DNA of 64,000 nt, taken from Squalus acanthias. Taxonomy: Eukaryota. The notes below the pieces were generated by a model that saw only the letters and a list, made by a program, of their open reading frames with translations, did no database searches and was not told where the DNA came from. The stretch covers positions 55,492,001 to 55,556,000 of the forward strand of contig CM059438.1 in NCBI GenBank assembly GCA_030390025.1, in the 5' to 3' direction. Position numbers and translations under genes: made by a program. Positions 1-12,492 of the stretch are shown one piece after another (the stretch's first letter is position 1; every line of letters starts with the position of its first letter).

Positions 1-444
1 GAAGTTAGCTGTTGGTGTAATGAAGAGCTCATTCACAATGTATCGTGTATTTAGGAGAGTGAAAGGTAATTGGAAGCTGTGAGCGGAATCAAGTAATGAC
101 CTTGAATGGGTCACATTGTACAAGGAAAGGTTTGGGCTGAGAGTTGTGCATGACTCAGTCTGTTCTCACACACACCTTTAACCCAACAGAGCCGGTTCGC
201 AGCACAGGTAGGCTGCAGGGAGTGGACGCAGATGTTGTTGTTCATCGTGATAGTTACAGTGCAGCTGCATCAATCCCACCAACTCCAGTGGCAGTACGGA
301 GGGAGCACTGAGCCTGGGGCCGATGGGTATTGAGCATACAAGCGACATGACATTGGAAGCAGGTCCTGCAAGGACCTCAGCATCACTGAGACAAGTGCCA
401 CCTCAGTCCTTGAGGGCTCCCTTGGTACAGTGCCAGCCACCAAC

Positions 445-1232
445 TGTAAGGAGAGGGTTAATGAAACTATTTGGAAGTCTCTTTGTCTTGCAGTTAACAG
501 TAAGTTTTAGCTTTTGCCTGGTAAATGAGTCTCAGTTAAAAGAATGAAAGTGTAATCATAAGACAGGCTTGCTTTATTTGATTAATATAGAATGCAGTGA
601 AGGGCAATGGTCAGTTTTGACAGTAAACCTAATTAAAAGACATTCCAGTCATTAGTTGCTAAGTTCTGCAGTAGGAAACATCTGTGACGATATCATTCTT
701 TTCAGAAGCCGGAGATTGGGATGGGAAAAGAAATCGTTAAAACTAAAGTTATGGCACAGACACAGAGCAGGTAGAAAAGCTTCCTTTGTTAGGAAGGGCT
801 TAAAGAAGCACCTGCCTGAGAAATACCACAGATCTGGAAAGTTAGGGAGTGTGAGTCAACTTAGGGAGTATGATCTATGGCTGCAAGGACAGGACAGGCA
901 AAGCAGTGTTAAATGATATCTGTGGTATAGTTAATCCACCGGAACACGCGAATTGTCACGTACCAGTTGTAAAAATGGGTATAAAAAGTGGGTGTTGAGA
1001 CAAATATTTTGGGAATTCAGAGGTCTGGCCCAAGTACACCGAGCTTGTAATTGTAATGTGTTTTGCATTCTCCAACGAACTTGCCAGGTTTTGTCGTAAG
1101 TGCTGCTGTTTAATTAGTGTCAGTAATAGTGATTACTGTATGCTTAATAAACCTGTGAACATCTACAATCAATGCTGTGAACCCTATTATTTTGAGGAGT
1201 AAATTATAAGTAAGAAGACGCCTCATCTAACA
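445..1232 (+). mobile_element. Candidate solo LTR
   Basis: Starts TGTAAG (445) and ends ...CTAACA (1232). TATAAAA at ~979, AATAAA at ~1146. CAAC lies at 441-444 and 1231-1234, an imperfect 4-bp TSD overlapping the CA end. Confidence 0.4.
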
Positions 1233-1600
1233 ACCTCGCAACCTCCTGACACTAAGGTAGCTCCACGTAGGGGGTAAGAGGTTTGGGTCATGTGTGAGGA
1301 GAGTTTTAGGGACAAGGGGTAGGCACAGTGATAAGAGATTGTAACAGGACATAACGAAGATACAGTCAGTAAATGAGAAAATCTTTGGCAGATTGGTGTG
1401 TTTGTGAATTGTTTTTATAAAGGCTCTCTCTTCTCTTTTTTAATTTGTTGATGAAGGTTTGTTGGTGTCTTTTCCTTGAAATGATGAGATATAGATTTGA
1501 CACAATAGCAAAATACTGCGGATGCTGGAAATCTGAAATAACAACAGAAAATGCTGGAAACACTCAGCAGGTCAGGCAGCATCTGTGGAAAGAGAAACAG

Positions 1601-1637
1601 AGTTAACGTTTCGGGTCGATGACCCTTTGCCAGAACT
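1601..1637 (-). ncRNA. Degenerate minimal type I hammerhead ribozyme in PLE-A terminal repeat
   Basis: Minus strand reads AGTT-CTGGCAA-A-GGGTC-ATC-GACCC-GAAA-CG-TT-AACT. Stems I and II and GAAA are intact; the CUGANGA core is mutated. Confidence 0.5.
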
Positions 1638-2099
1638 GGTAAAGGTTAGAGAAGTAACAGATTTTAAGCAAGTGCAGGGGCAGGGACAGGGAGGAGGGGA
1701 GGAAAGAACAAAAGGGAAGGTCTGTGATAGGATGGAAGGCAGGAGAGATTGACTGACAAAAGGGATGATGGTGCAAGGCAAAAGGAGAGGTAGTGGGACA
1801 AGTTAAGAAACAAAAGATGACTTGAGATGAGGTGTAAATGGCGATGGCAAAATCATCAACAGCTGCCATGTGAGAGAAAAAAAGGGGGAAAAAATAAAAT
1901 ATAGGGGACGAGGTTAAATTGTTGAACTCGATGTTGAGTCCAGAAGGCTGTAAAGTGCCTCATCGAAAGATGAGGTGCTGTTCCTCGAGCTTAGTTGGAA
2001 TAGTGCAAGAGGCCGAGGACGGAGAGATCAGAGTGGGAGTGGAGCGGAGAATTCAAGTGACAGGCGACCGGAAGCTCGGGGTCACGCTTACGGACTGAA

Positions 2100-2400
2100 C
2101 GAGGGGACACAGATTTAAGGTTTTGGGCAAGAGATACAGGGGGGATGTGAGGAAAAACTTTTTTATGCAGCGAGTGGTGAGGATCTGGAACTCGCTGCCG
2201 ACGGAAGTGGTGGAAGCGGAGACACTCAATGTTTTCAAGGGGAGACTGGATAGGCACTTGAAGGAAATAAACTTGCAGGGTTACAGGGATAGAGTGGGGG
2301 AATGGGACTGACTGGATTGCTCTACAGAGAGCCGGCACGGACTCGATGAGCTGAATGGCCTCCTTCTGTGCCGTTATGACTATGACTTATGACTCTATGA
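2100..2400 (+). mobile_element. CR1 LINE 3' fragment
   Basis: Encodes the CR1 ORF2 C-terminus (RKNFFMQRVVRIWNSLP) followed by a 3'UTR and (CTATGA)n tail. Splits the PLE endonuclease coding region. Confidence 0.88.
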
Positions 2401-2981
2401 CCGGAGGTGTTCCGCAAAGCGGTCACCCAATCTGCGTTTGGTCTCCCCAATGTAGAGGAGACCACATCATGAGCAGTGAATACAGTATACTAAATTGTAA
2501 GAAGTACAAGTAAATCGCTGTTTCACCTGGAAGGCGTGTTTGGGGCCCTGGACAGTGGGAAGGGGGGGTGGGTAAAAGGACAGGTGTTGCATCTCCTGCG
2601 CTTGCACGGGAAGGTGCCGGGCGAAGGGGAAGGGGTGCTGGGGGTGGTAGAGGGAGTGGTCCCTTTGGAATGTTGAAAGGGGAGGGGAGGGGAAGATGCG
2701 TTTGGTGGTGGGATCACGCTGAAGGTGGCGGAAATGGCGTTGAATGTGGAGGGGGGTGGGGTGAAAGGTGAGGACAAAGGGAACCCTATAGTGGTTCAGG
2801 GAGGGAGGGGAAGGGGTGAGAGCAGAAGTGCGGGAAATGGAACGGACACGGTCGAGGGCCATGTCAACCACGGTAGAGGGGAATCCTCGGTTGAGGAAAA
2901 AGGAAGACATATCGGAAGCACTAGTATAGAAGGTGGCATCGTCAGAACAGATGCGGCAGAGACGGAGAAACTGGGAGAATG

Positions 2982-3646
2982 TAGTCAGGAAAGCCCCAGA
3001 GTGCATCTCACTCAACAACAGTTTTTCTGTGTTGGAAAACGGTGAAAGTGACGGTTGCTCTGGGGAGTGCAACCAGAGCCAAGTTCACGACACTGTGGGT
3101 GGCTCAGCTGCACAAGGGGGGAGGAGTAAGAGTGGAAGGGCAATAGTGGTAGGAGACTCAATAGTGAGGGGTGCAGACAGGCGTTTCTGCGGCCGCAGAC
3201 GTGACTCCAGGATGGTATGTTGCCTCCCTGTTGCCAGGGTCAAGGATGTCACTGAACGGCTGCAGGGCATTCTGAAGGGGGAGGGCGAACAGTCAGAGGT
3301 CGTGGTTCACATTGGTACCAACGACATAGGTAGAAAGAGGGATGAGGTCCTGCAACAAGAATTTAGGGAGCTAGGTAGCAGATTAAAAAGCAGGACCTCA
3401 AAGGTTGTAATCTCTGGATTACTCCCGGTGCCACGTGCTAGTGAGTATAGAAATAGGAGGATAGAGCAGATGAATGCGTGGCTAAAGAGTTGGTGCAGGA
3501 GGGAGGGCTTTAGTTTCCTGGATCACTGGGTCTGCTTCTGGGGAAGGTGGGACCTGTACAAGTCGGATGGGTTGCACCTGAGCCGGAACAGGACCAACAT
3601 CCTTGCGGGGAGGTTTGCTAGTGCTGTTGGGGAGGGTTTAAACTAA
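2982..3646 (+). pseudogene. CR1 ORF1, SGNH/GDSL esterase domain (5'-truncated)
   Basis: Motifs IVVGDSIVRG, HIGTND, DGLHL. Confidence 0.9.
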
Positions 3647-3765
3647 CTTGGCAGGGGGATGGGATACGAAGTGGAGCTATAGTAGGGGGTGATGCACAGC
3701 CAAATATAGAGGAAAAAACAAGTCAGTCTGGAAGGCAGAGCAAATATGTAACGGCACAAGGGAGT

Positions 3766-6577
3766 ATGGCAAGGCTGGATGACATTTATTTTAATGCAAG
3801 GAGTCTTACGAGTAAGGCAGATGAATTGAAGGTGTTGATGAACACATGGGAGTATGATATTGTTGCTATCACAGAGACATGGTTGAGGGAGGGGCAGGAC
3901 TGGCAGCTCAATATTCCGGGGTATAGAATCTTCAGGGGAGACAGAGGGGGGTGTAAAAGAGGAGGGGGTGTCGCAATATTAATCGAGTCAATTACTGCTG
4001 TAAGGAGGGATGATATCTTAGCAGGTTCCTCTAATGAGGCCATATGGGTAGAACTTAAAAACAAAAAGGGGGCAAGCACTTTGCTGGGAGTGTACTATAG
4101 GCCCCCAAACAGTCAGGTGGAGATAGAGCAACAGATATGTAGGCAAATCTCAGAGAAGTATAGAAATAATAGGGTAATAATAGTAGGGGATTTCAACTTC
4201 ACCAATATTAACTGGGATAGTCAGAGTGTGAAAGGCTTAGAGGGTGCGGAATTCTTAAAGTGCATCCAGGAGAGCTTTTTGAGCCAGCATGTAGAAAGTC
4301 CTACAAGAGAGGGGGCGGTACTGGACCTAATTCTAGGGAATGTAGCCGGGCAAGTGGTAGAAGAGTCAGTAGGAGAGCATTTTGGTGACAGTGACCATAA
4401 TTCGGTGAGATTGAAGGTAGTCATGGAAAAGGACAAAGATGGACCGGAAATAAAGGTTCTAAATTGGGGGAAGGCCGATTTTAATATGATAAGGCAGGAT
4501 CTGGCCAAAGTGGACTGGGATCAGCTACTTGTAGGAAAATCCACATCAGAGCAGTGGGAGTCATTCAGAAAGGAAATAGAGAGAGTACAACGCCAACATG
4601 TTCCCGTAAAGGTCAAGGGTGGGACCAACAAGTCTAGGGAACCCTGGATGTCAAGGGATATACAAGAATGGATTAGGAAAAAAAGGGAGGCTTTTGGCAG
4701 ATACAAAGGACTAAAAACAATGGAAGCCCTAGAGGAGTATAGAAAGTGCAGGGGGATACTTAAAAAAGAAATTAGGAGAGCGAAGAGGGGGCATGAAAAA
4801 ACACTGGCGGGCAAAATAAAAGAAAATCCCAAGGTGTTTTATAAGTATATTAAGGGCAAGAGGATAACCAGGGAAAGAGTAGGGCCCACTAGGAACCAAA
4901 GTGGCAATCTGTGTGTAGAGCCGGAAGATGTAGGTGAGGTTTTAAATGAATATTTTGCATCAGTGTTCACTATGAAGAAGGGTGATGTAGGCATAGAAAT
5001 CAGGCAGGGGGATTGTGATATACTTGAACAAATTAGTATTAAGAGGGAGGAGGTACTAGCGGTTTTAGCGGGCTTAAAAGTGGATAAATCCCCAGGCCCA
5101 GACGAGATGTATCCCAGGCTGCTGTGTGAGGCAAGGGAGGAGATTGCAGGGGCTCTGACACAAATTTTTTAGAACCTCTCTGGCCACAGGGGAGGTGCCA
5201 GAGGACTGGAGGACAGCTAACGTCATACCATTATTCAAGAAGGGTAGTAGGGATAAACCAGGGAATTACAGGCCAGTGAGCCGAACATCAGTGGTAGGGA
5301 AATTATTGGAAAAAATTCTGAGGGACAGAATTAGTCTCCACTTCGAGAGGCAAGGATTAATCAAGGATAGTCAGCATGGCTTTGTCAGTGGGAGATCATG
5401 TCTGACCAATTTGATTGAATTTTTCGAGGGGGTGACTAGGTGTGTGGATGAGGGTAGTGCAGTTGCTGTAGTCTACATGGACTTCAGTAAGGCTTTTGAC
5501 AAAGTCCCGCATGGGAGACTAGTCAAGAAGGTAAGAGCCCATGGGATCCAGGGCAATTTGGCACATTGGATCCAAAATTGGCTTAGTGGCAGGAGGCAGA
5601 GGGTGATGGTCGAAGGTTGTTTTTGTGACTGGAAGCCTATGTCCAGTGGTGTACCGCAGGGATCGGTGTTGGGTCCTTTGCTGTTTGTAGTGTACATTAA
5701 TGATTTAGATATGAATCTAGGAGGTATGATCAGTAAGTTCGCAGATGATACAAAAATTGGTGGAGTGGTAAATAGCGAGGAGGGAAGCCTCAGGCTACAG
5801 GACGATATAGACGGGTTGGTCAGATGGGCAGAACAGTGGCAAATGGAATTTAACCCTGAAAAGTGTGAGGTGATGCATTTTGGGAGGACTAACAAGGCAA
5901 GGGAATACACAATGAATGGTAGGATCCTAGGAAGGACAGAAGATCAGAGGGACCTTGGTGTGCATGTACATAGATCCCTGAAGGCAGCAGGACAGGTAGA
6001 TAAGGTGGTTAAGAAGGCATATGGGATACTTGCCTTCATTAGCCGAGGCATAGAATATAAGAGCAGGGAGGTTATGATGGAGCTGTACAAAACGCTAGTT
6101 AGGCCACAGCTGGAATACTGTGTGCAGTTCTGGTTGCCACACTTTCGGAAGGATGTGATTGCATTGGAGAGGGTGCAGAGGAGATTCACCAGGCTGTTAC
6201 CTGGGCTGGAACGTTTCAGCTATGAAGAGAGACTGGACAGGCTGGGGTTGTTTTCCTTAGAGCAGAGAAGGCTGAGGGGGGACCTGATTGAGGTGTACAA
6301 AATTATGAGGGGCATAGATAGGGTAGATAAAAAGGAACTTTTCCCCTTAGTAGAGGGGTCAATAACCAGGGAGCATAATTTCAAGGTAAGGGGCAGGAGG
6401 TTTAGAGGGGATTTGAGGAAAAACTTTTTCACCCAGAGGGTGGTTGGAATCTGGAACTTGCTGCCTGAAAGGGTGGTAGAGGCAGGAACCCTCACAACAT
6501 TCAAGAAGCATTTAGATGAGCACTTGAAATGCCATAGCATACAAGGCTACGGACCAAGTGCTGGAAAATGGGATTAG
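3766..6577 (+). pseudogene. CR1 ORF2 (APE endonuclease + reverse transcriptase), single +1 frameshift at ~5170
   Basis: YFNARS, TETWL, GDFN, SDH, then NYRPVS, KAFD, GVPQGSVLGP, FADD. There is one extra base in the T-run relative to the sister copy at ~13950. Confidence 0.93.
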
Positions 6578-6643
6578 AATAGATAGGGCTTGATGGCCGG
6601 CATGGACACGATGGGCCGAAGAGCCTCTTTCTGTGCTGTATAA

Positions 6644-7287
6644 GAGCTTTTGACAGATGAAATATCAGCGTTTGACAGCTCTGTGAAGCTGTCAAACACT
6701 GACAGTCTGTCTTCTAACTTGAGTCCTTCTACTCAGACTCAGTTAGAGAGCTCTCCAGACCAGAAAGCAGAGACTGCAGCTTTTGACAGCTCAGCGGCCA
6801 TTCTGCTTTCTGTGCCGGTGAGCTGAGGGACTCCCGAGAACTGAAGGGAGGAAGCCTGGAGGAGAAAGTAAAGGTAAGTAAAACTTATTAAAACACTTTA
6901 CACACACCAAACACACTTACCTCTGCACTCATGCACCCATCACTCACCTGTACACTGGACATCTTGACCCCTCCAAGCCCTGCAGACCCACGGTCCGCCT
7001 CGCTAACTTGGCGTTGTTTGGAGCCGTCGGGCAGCCCACACTTCAGGGCTAAAAATAGGGATTAGCCAAAAAACTGCCTGTTAACTACCTGTTAACAGGC
7101 AGTTAATTGGCACTATCCCCTTCCCGCCTCGGGGAGGCAGCTCCCAGCACAGGTTGGGTACCTGCCTCCTGGGACATTGGCATGGAGGCGGGTTGGGGGC
7201 GAGATGGGTACGTGCCCCCCGAATCTGCAATTTTCCCACCATTCCCGCCTCCAAACCCGCCTCCACGGGGCTTGGAAAATCGAGCCC
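6644..7287. mobile_element. Truncated Harbinger-like MITE inserted in the CR1 tail
   Basis: Interrupts the CR1 tail (TATAA|...|TATGACTC). Right end AAAATCGAGCCC resembles the GGG..AAATT-type TIRs elsewhere in the window. Left TIR absent. Confidence 0.5.
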
Positions 7288-7310
7288 TATGACTCTATGA
7301 CTATGACTAT

Positions 7311-9140
7311 GAGAATGGAATAGAGTCCTTAAAGGAAGCAGGGTGGGAGGAAGTGTAGTCCAGGTATCTGTGGGAGTCAGTGGGCTTATAGTGGATGTTG
7401 GTCGATAACCTAATCCCCAGAAATGGAGACAGAGAAGTCGAGGAAGGGAAGAGTCGGAGATGGACCATGTGAAGGTGAGGGATGGTGGAAATTGGAAGCA
7501 AAGTGAACGAAATTTTCTAGTTCAGGGCGAGAGCAGGAGACGGCACCAATACAGTCATCAATGTACCAGAAAAAGAGGTGAGGGAGGGGTCCTGAGTAGG
7601 ACTGGAACAAAGAATGTTCCACATATCCCACGAAAAGGCAGGCATAGTGAGGACCCATGCGGGTTCCCATAGCAACACCTGTAATTTGGAGGAAGTGAGT
7701 GGAGTCAAAGGAGAAGTTGTTCAATGTGAGAACAAGTTCAGCCAGGCGAAGGAGGAGGGTGGTGGATGGGGACTGGTTGGGCCTCTGAGCACCCTCAGGC
7801 CGTCCTGGTGGGGGATGGAGGTATAGAGGGATTGGATGTCCATGGTGAAAAGGAGAAGGTTGGGGCCAGGAAACTGGAAACTGTTAAAGTGATGGAGGGC
7901 GTCGGAAGAGTCGCGAATGTAGGTGGGAAGAGACTGGACAAGGGGAGAAAAAATAGAGTCGAGATAAGAAGAAATCAGTTCCGTGGGGCAAGAACATGCT
8001 GAAACGATGGGTCTACCAGGGCAGTCCTATTTGTGGATCTTGGGAAGGAGGTAGAAGCGGGCTGTGCGGGGTTGGGGGACTATGAGGTTGGCGGCCATGG
8101 AGGGAAGATCTCCAGAGGGGATGAGGTCAGTGACAGTCTTGGAAACGATTGCTTGATATTTGGTAGTGGGGTCATGGTTCAGGGGGAGGTAGGAGGAGGT
8201 GTCGGAGAGTTGGCGTTCAGTCTCCGCTAGGTAGTCGGTTCGCCAAACAACAACAGCACCACCCTTGTCAGCAGGTTTCATGACAATGTTAGGGTTGGAT
8301 CAGAGAGAACGGAGTGCTGTAAGTTCAGAGGGAGGTAGGTTGGAGTGAGTGAGGGGAGCAGAGAAATTGAGATGGCTGATGTCGCGCTGGCAGTTAGCAA
8401 TGAAAAGATCTAGAGAGGGTAAGAGGCCAGAGGGAGGGGACCAGGTAGAATGAGAATTCTGAAAGCGGGAGAAAGGGTGGTGGGAGGACTCCTGGCCAAA
8501 GAAGTGGGCACGGAGATGAAGGCGACGGAAAAAGAGCTCAGCGTCGTGCCGAGCTCGAAATTCATTGAGATGGGGGTGTAAGGGAATGAAGCTCAGGCCT
8601 TTGCTGAGGACTGATCGTTCGGGGTCAGAGAGGGGAAGGTCAGAGGGGATAGTGAAAACACGGCAGGGGGTGAGATTGGAAGAAGGGATGAGGTCAGAGG
8701 AAAGTGAAGGGGAAGAAGGGGCGGGGCGTTGGTGTCCAAGAATTGTTGAAGCTTGCGATCCTTGACATCTGAAAGGAAGAAAAAAAGTTTTTTGTTAAAG
8801 CGTCGGATGAGGCGAAGGATGAAATGGAACTACGGACCAGGACAGCTTTGAGATAGAGTGAGTCGGTGCTGCTGAAGAGAGAGGTCAAGAGTGTTCATGT
8901 GGCGATTCATGGCGTTGAGCGTGGATCTCAGGATGCGGCGAGAGCAGTAGTTCGAGGAACGCTGAATATCTTGGAGATGTCTGTAATCCTGGGTGGATGT
9001 GAAACACGAAGGGTGGAATTTCAATTGGAATCCACGTGGAATAAGTCGGAAACGGAGACAGTTGCTGAGGAAAGAGACGATGCTGTGAAAACGAGTCTTG
9101 GCAGAAAGCTGATCAAACACGAGAAGGGAAACAGAAAGCA
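7311..9140 (-). mobile_element. Penelope-like element A, 5' part (RT domain, frameshifted)
   Basis: KPADKGGAVVVW, ARFYLLPKIHK, GVAMGTRMGP, YIDD, YKPTDSH..LDYTSSHP. Continuous with 1505-2981 across the CR1 TSD. Confidence 0.88.
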
Positions 9141-9299
9141 ATGAAGATACAGATTTGGGTTCAGGTTATTTTTGAGTATTGCAAAGGCTCCCCAGGGACA
9201 CTTTGGGCTCTGGAATTGAGCACATCCTCTCTACTAGAAGCAGCTGGTGGTGATTTCTTGCTGAACCTGATGTGTTGGTGGCAATGGGTTGTCCCGTGG

Positions 9300-10130
9300 C
9301 ATCTCCCCTCTCTCTCCTCCCCTCGTCTTGCTGAGGGGATTGATGGCCTTCATCATCTTCCACTTCACCCTCTGTGGAACATGCAGCAGGTCACTGTAAT
9401 TCTTGAGGCCTTTGCTGTGCTGTGCCCAAGGGTTCCCTCCAACCTGCCCAGACAACAGGAGCAGGACCTCCGGATACAGATGGTCTGTTCAACAACGGAG
9501 CAGGAAGCACTCGAGGCTTCATCGAAACTGTTGATGCTCCCGATCCTCGGATGACGCAGTGGTGACATCAGTTGAAATGGGAAAACCTGCTCTCCACCCT
9601 GACACGCTACTCTGTCAGAGAATGACAGAATGAGGACAGCTCCAGGGAAGCAGCTATTCACACGCAGAATAATGTGATTGGCATCACTCAGAAGCTGCAC
9701 ATCCAAAGAATGAAAAACTTTGTGTTGGTGCAACTTAAGACATCGTCAGTCGGGGCTTTTAGCCCTCCACATGGGTAGCATCAGTGATGCACCGTACTTG
9801 GGGAAATGCTGCAGCTAGATTAAAGTCCCGTGCTCGCTATCTCTGCTGTGCTGGGTCCACGGGGAAGGAAATAAAGCCTGAGGCCCATCGGAACAGGGCA
9901 TCAGTCACCTGCTTAATGCAGTGGTGCCCTGCTGATTGACATGTCACCTGAGGCTGCCCAGTGGCATAACATTTCCAATCTGCTGTTACCTTTACGGCCC
10001 CTGGTAACGAGTGGCTGCAGATCTGGTGCCAACAGCTGGTATAACTCGCTGAGTGTGTCTGGAGGACACTCCCCTCCTCATACACGGCCTGTGGGAGAAG
10101 TCCATATATGACGTGCTTGGACCTCTACCT
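9300..10130 (-). pseudogene. Decayed Harbinger (HARBI1-like DDE) transposase
   Basis: Fragments LPGAVKVTA...YATG, DATHV, FHSLDVQL..DA..IILRVNSCFPG and VEQTI align to the transposase at 16890-18050. Confidence 0.7.
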
Positions 10131-10439
10131 GTCAGGCGGTGCCTGTGTACATGATGCTGAATTCTCTGGGTCTCTCCTCCTCCCTGTCCTCATAATCCTC
10201 TTCCTCAATGCAAGTGGAAAATCCACTGTTTATATATGAGCTAATTCTGACTTTAAATTCTTTGCAAGGATCAGCAACTCCCTTTAAATGGAGATAACTC
10301 AGCATTGCACTGTCACGGGAGTTGTTTCCAGTCTTCAAACCCCTGCAGGAAGGCTGTACTCAGTGACCTCTGCTCTTTGCCATCCTTTCCCACCTCTGAA
10401 CCTGTGCTGGTCCCAACACTGCCCCTTTTAGACCTCGAG

Positions 10440-11097
10440 TTTCCACCTCTGTAACATCGCCCGTCTCCACCCCTGCCTCAGCTCATCTGCTGCTGAAACC
10501 CACTTCCATGCCTTTGTTACCTCCAGACTTGATTATTTCAATGCTCTTCTGGCTGGCCTCCCACATTCTACCCTACGTAAACTTGAGATCATCCAAAACT
10601 CGGCCGCCCGTGTCCTAACTCGCACCAAGTCCCGTTCGCCCATCACCCCTGTGCTCGCTGACCTACATTGGATACAGATTAAGCAACACCTCAATTTTAA
10701 AATTCTCATCCTCGTTTTCAAATCCCTCCGCGGCCTCGCCCCTCCCCATCTCTGTAATCTCCTCCAGCCCCACAACCCCCAGATATATCTGCGCTCCTCC
10801 AATTCTGGCCTCTTGAGCATCCCTGATTTTCATCGCTCCACCATTGGTGGCCGTGCCTTCAGCTGCTTAAGCCCTAAGCTCGGAAATTCCCTGCCTAAAC
10901 CTCACCGCCTCTCTACCTCTCTTTTCCTCCTTTAAGACGCTTCTTAAAACCTACCTCTTTGACCAAGCTTTTGGTCATCTGCCCAAATTTCTCCTTTTGT
11001 GTCTCGGTGTCAAATTTTGTTTCCTAACACTCCCGTGAAGCGCCTTGGGACTTTTACTACGTTAAAGGCGCTATATAAATACAAGTTGTTGTTGTTG
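10440..11097 (+). mobile_element. L2 LINE 3' end
   Basis: Translation includes LADLHW..IKQHLNFKIL..VFKSL.GLAP..L and GGRAFS. Tail AAAGGCGCTATATAAATACAAG(TTG)n. Confidence 0.8.
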
Positions 11098-12049
11098 GAG
11101 GTGCTTTATGGGGGAAGGAACTGAGTGCAAACACAGGGAAATGGTGGGCAGTTCTTCGCCATGCCCCCCACCGTCATGTACATAGAGTGGGGCAGGGTCA
11201 GGGCAGGCAGATCCGGGTTACACCAAGGTCAACAGAGGAATATCGGGAGAGGCCATTGTTGGGGCCAGGGATTGGCGCCAGGTCTCCTGCCCTACTGCTC
11301 TGATCAGAACTCTGCTACATGCCTGAAATTGGGCAGAGTTGGGGTGGGAAACCCAGGTCTGAGTGAGAACAGGATATTCAACAGTGGGGGCATCGCTCAA
11401 TGTATACACACTACAAGCAAGGGTTGCTGGATGGTAATCAGTGGGGCGAGGGGAACCCTGGCTGATTTTGACCTCACTTAGCTCAGGGGGTGCTGAGACC
11501 TGTGGCAGTCCGCCAGCTCCTGCCTTGGGCGAGATTAGTTAACTGACTGAAAACTGAACCGCAAATCTTCTGAGCATCATGGTTTCTATCTTTTAAACGC
11601 ATAGTTTCCGAGCAAGTTTAAAAAAATGACCTAATTCCTATCTGCACTGCGGCGTTTGGTGAGAGTAATACCGCACATAGTTTATCTTTGTCTGTGCATT
11701 TTCCCCACATCTTGTTTCACTGCTTCACTACTTGCCCTGGGATGTGAGAAGAATGAGTATTAAATCGAGATTACAAAGAGTTAAAAGTCTGTGTTGCAAA
11801 GAACAGGAAATATTTACAGATGGCACTCCTGATTGTCAATGTAAATGGGAGGTGCTCTGAGGGGACCAGGACGGCATTCCAACTTCCAGCCAAATGACTC
11901 TTCGTGGGCTGTTACTTTAACCGATAGGCAGGATGGGTGCTGTCAGTGAAAGTTTCAAGCCCGTTGCAGATTATCGTTTTCACTAAGACCCGAAAATGTT
12001 GGATCTGGGCACTTTAGGGGCAGCTACATTTCTGTCTATTTCTTGGCGT

Positions 12050-12232
12050 CATATTTAACCCTGAACTGAGTTTCCAAACCTATATTCACTCCATCACCAA
12101 GACTGCCTATTTCCACCTCTGTAAACTGGCCCGTCTCCGCCCCTGCCTCAGCTCATCTGCTGCTGAAACCCTCATCCATGCCTTTGTTACCACCAGACTC
12201 GATTATTCCAACGCACTCCTGGCTGGCCTCTC
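12050..12232 (+). mobile_element. L2 LINE fragment
   Basis: Near-identical to 10440-10560 (TTCCACCTCTGTAA...CTGGCTGGCCTC); cut off by the minisatellite. Confidence 0.7.
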
Positions 12233-12492
12233 AGGGTCACTCAGACCCGGTCACTCAGACCCGGTCACGCAGGGTCACTCAGACCCGGTCACTCAGGGTC
12301 ACTCAGACCCGGTCACTCAGACCCAGTCACTCAGAGTCACTCAGACCCGGTCACTCAGACCCGGTCACTCATGGTCACTCAGGGTCACTCAGGGTCACTC
12401 AGACCCGGTCACTCAGACCCGGTACCTCAGGGTCACTCAGACCCGGTCACTCAGGGTCACTCAGACACAGTCACTCAGGCTCACTCAGGGTC
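12233..12492. repeat. GGTCACTCAG / GGTCACTCAGACCC minisatellite, left part
   Basis: Mixed 10-bp and 14-bp units. Confidence 0.95.

Larger units (their letters stand above)
1505..2981 (-). mobile_element. Penelope-like element A, 3' part (GIY-YIG endonuclease + terminal repeat)
   Basis: Minus-strand translation gives FTCTSYNLVYCIHCS...LLYIGETKRRLGDRFAEHL (GIY-YIG) and SQFLRLCRICS. Terminal repeat at 1505-1640. Interrupted by a CR1 fragment at 2100-2400. Confidence 0.85.
2982..7310 (+). mobile_element. 5'-truncated, near-intact CR1 LINE
   Basis: ORF1 esterase, ORF2 APE+RT and (CTATGA)n tail. 7-bp TSD GAGAATG at 2975-2981 and 7311-7317 inside PLE-A. Confidence 0.95.

Noticed and set aside
2933..3646. 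237-aa standalone esterase gene
   Set aside because: The ATG comes from antisense PLE sequence fused by chance to a truncated CR1 ORF1.
11330..11580. Possible ancient SINE on the minus strand
   Set aside because: Too degenerate to define boundaries or family from the sequence alone.
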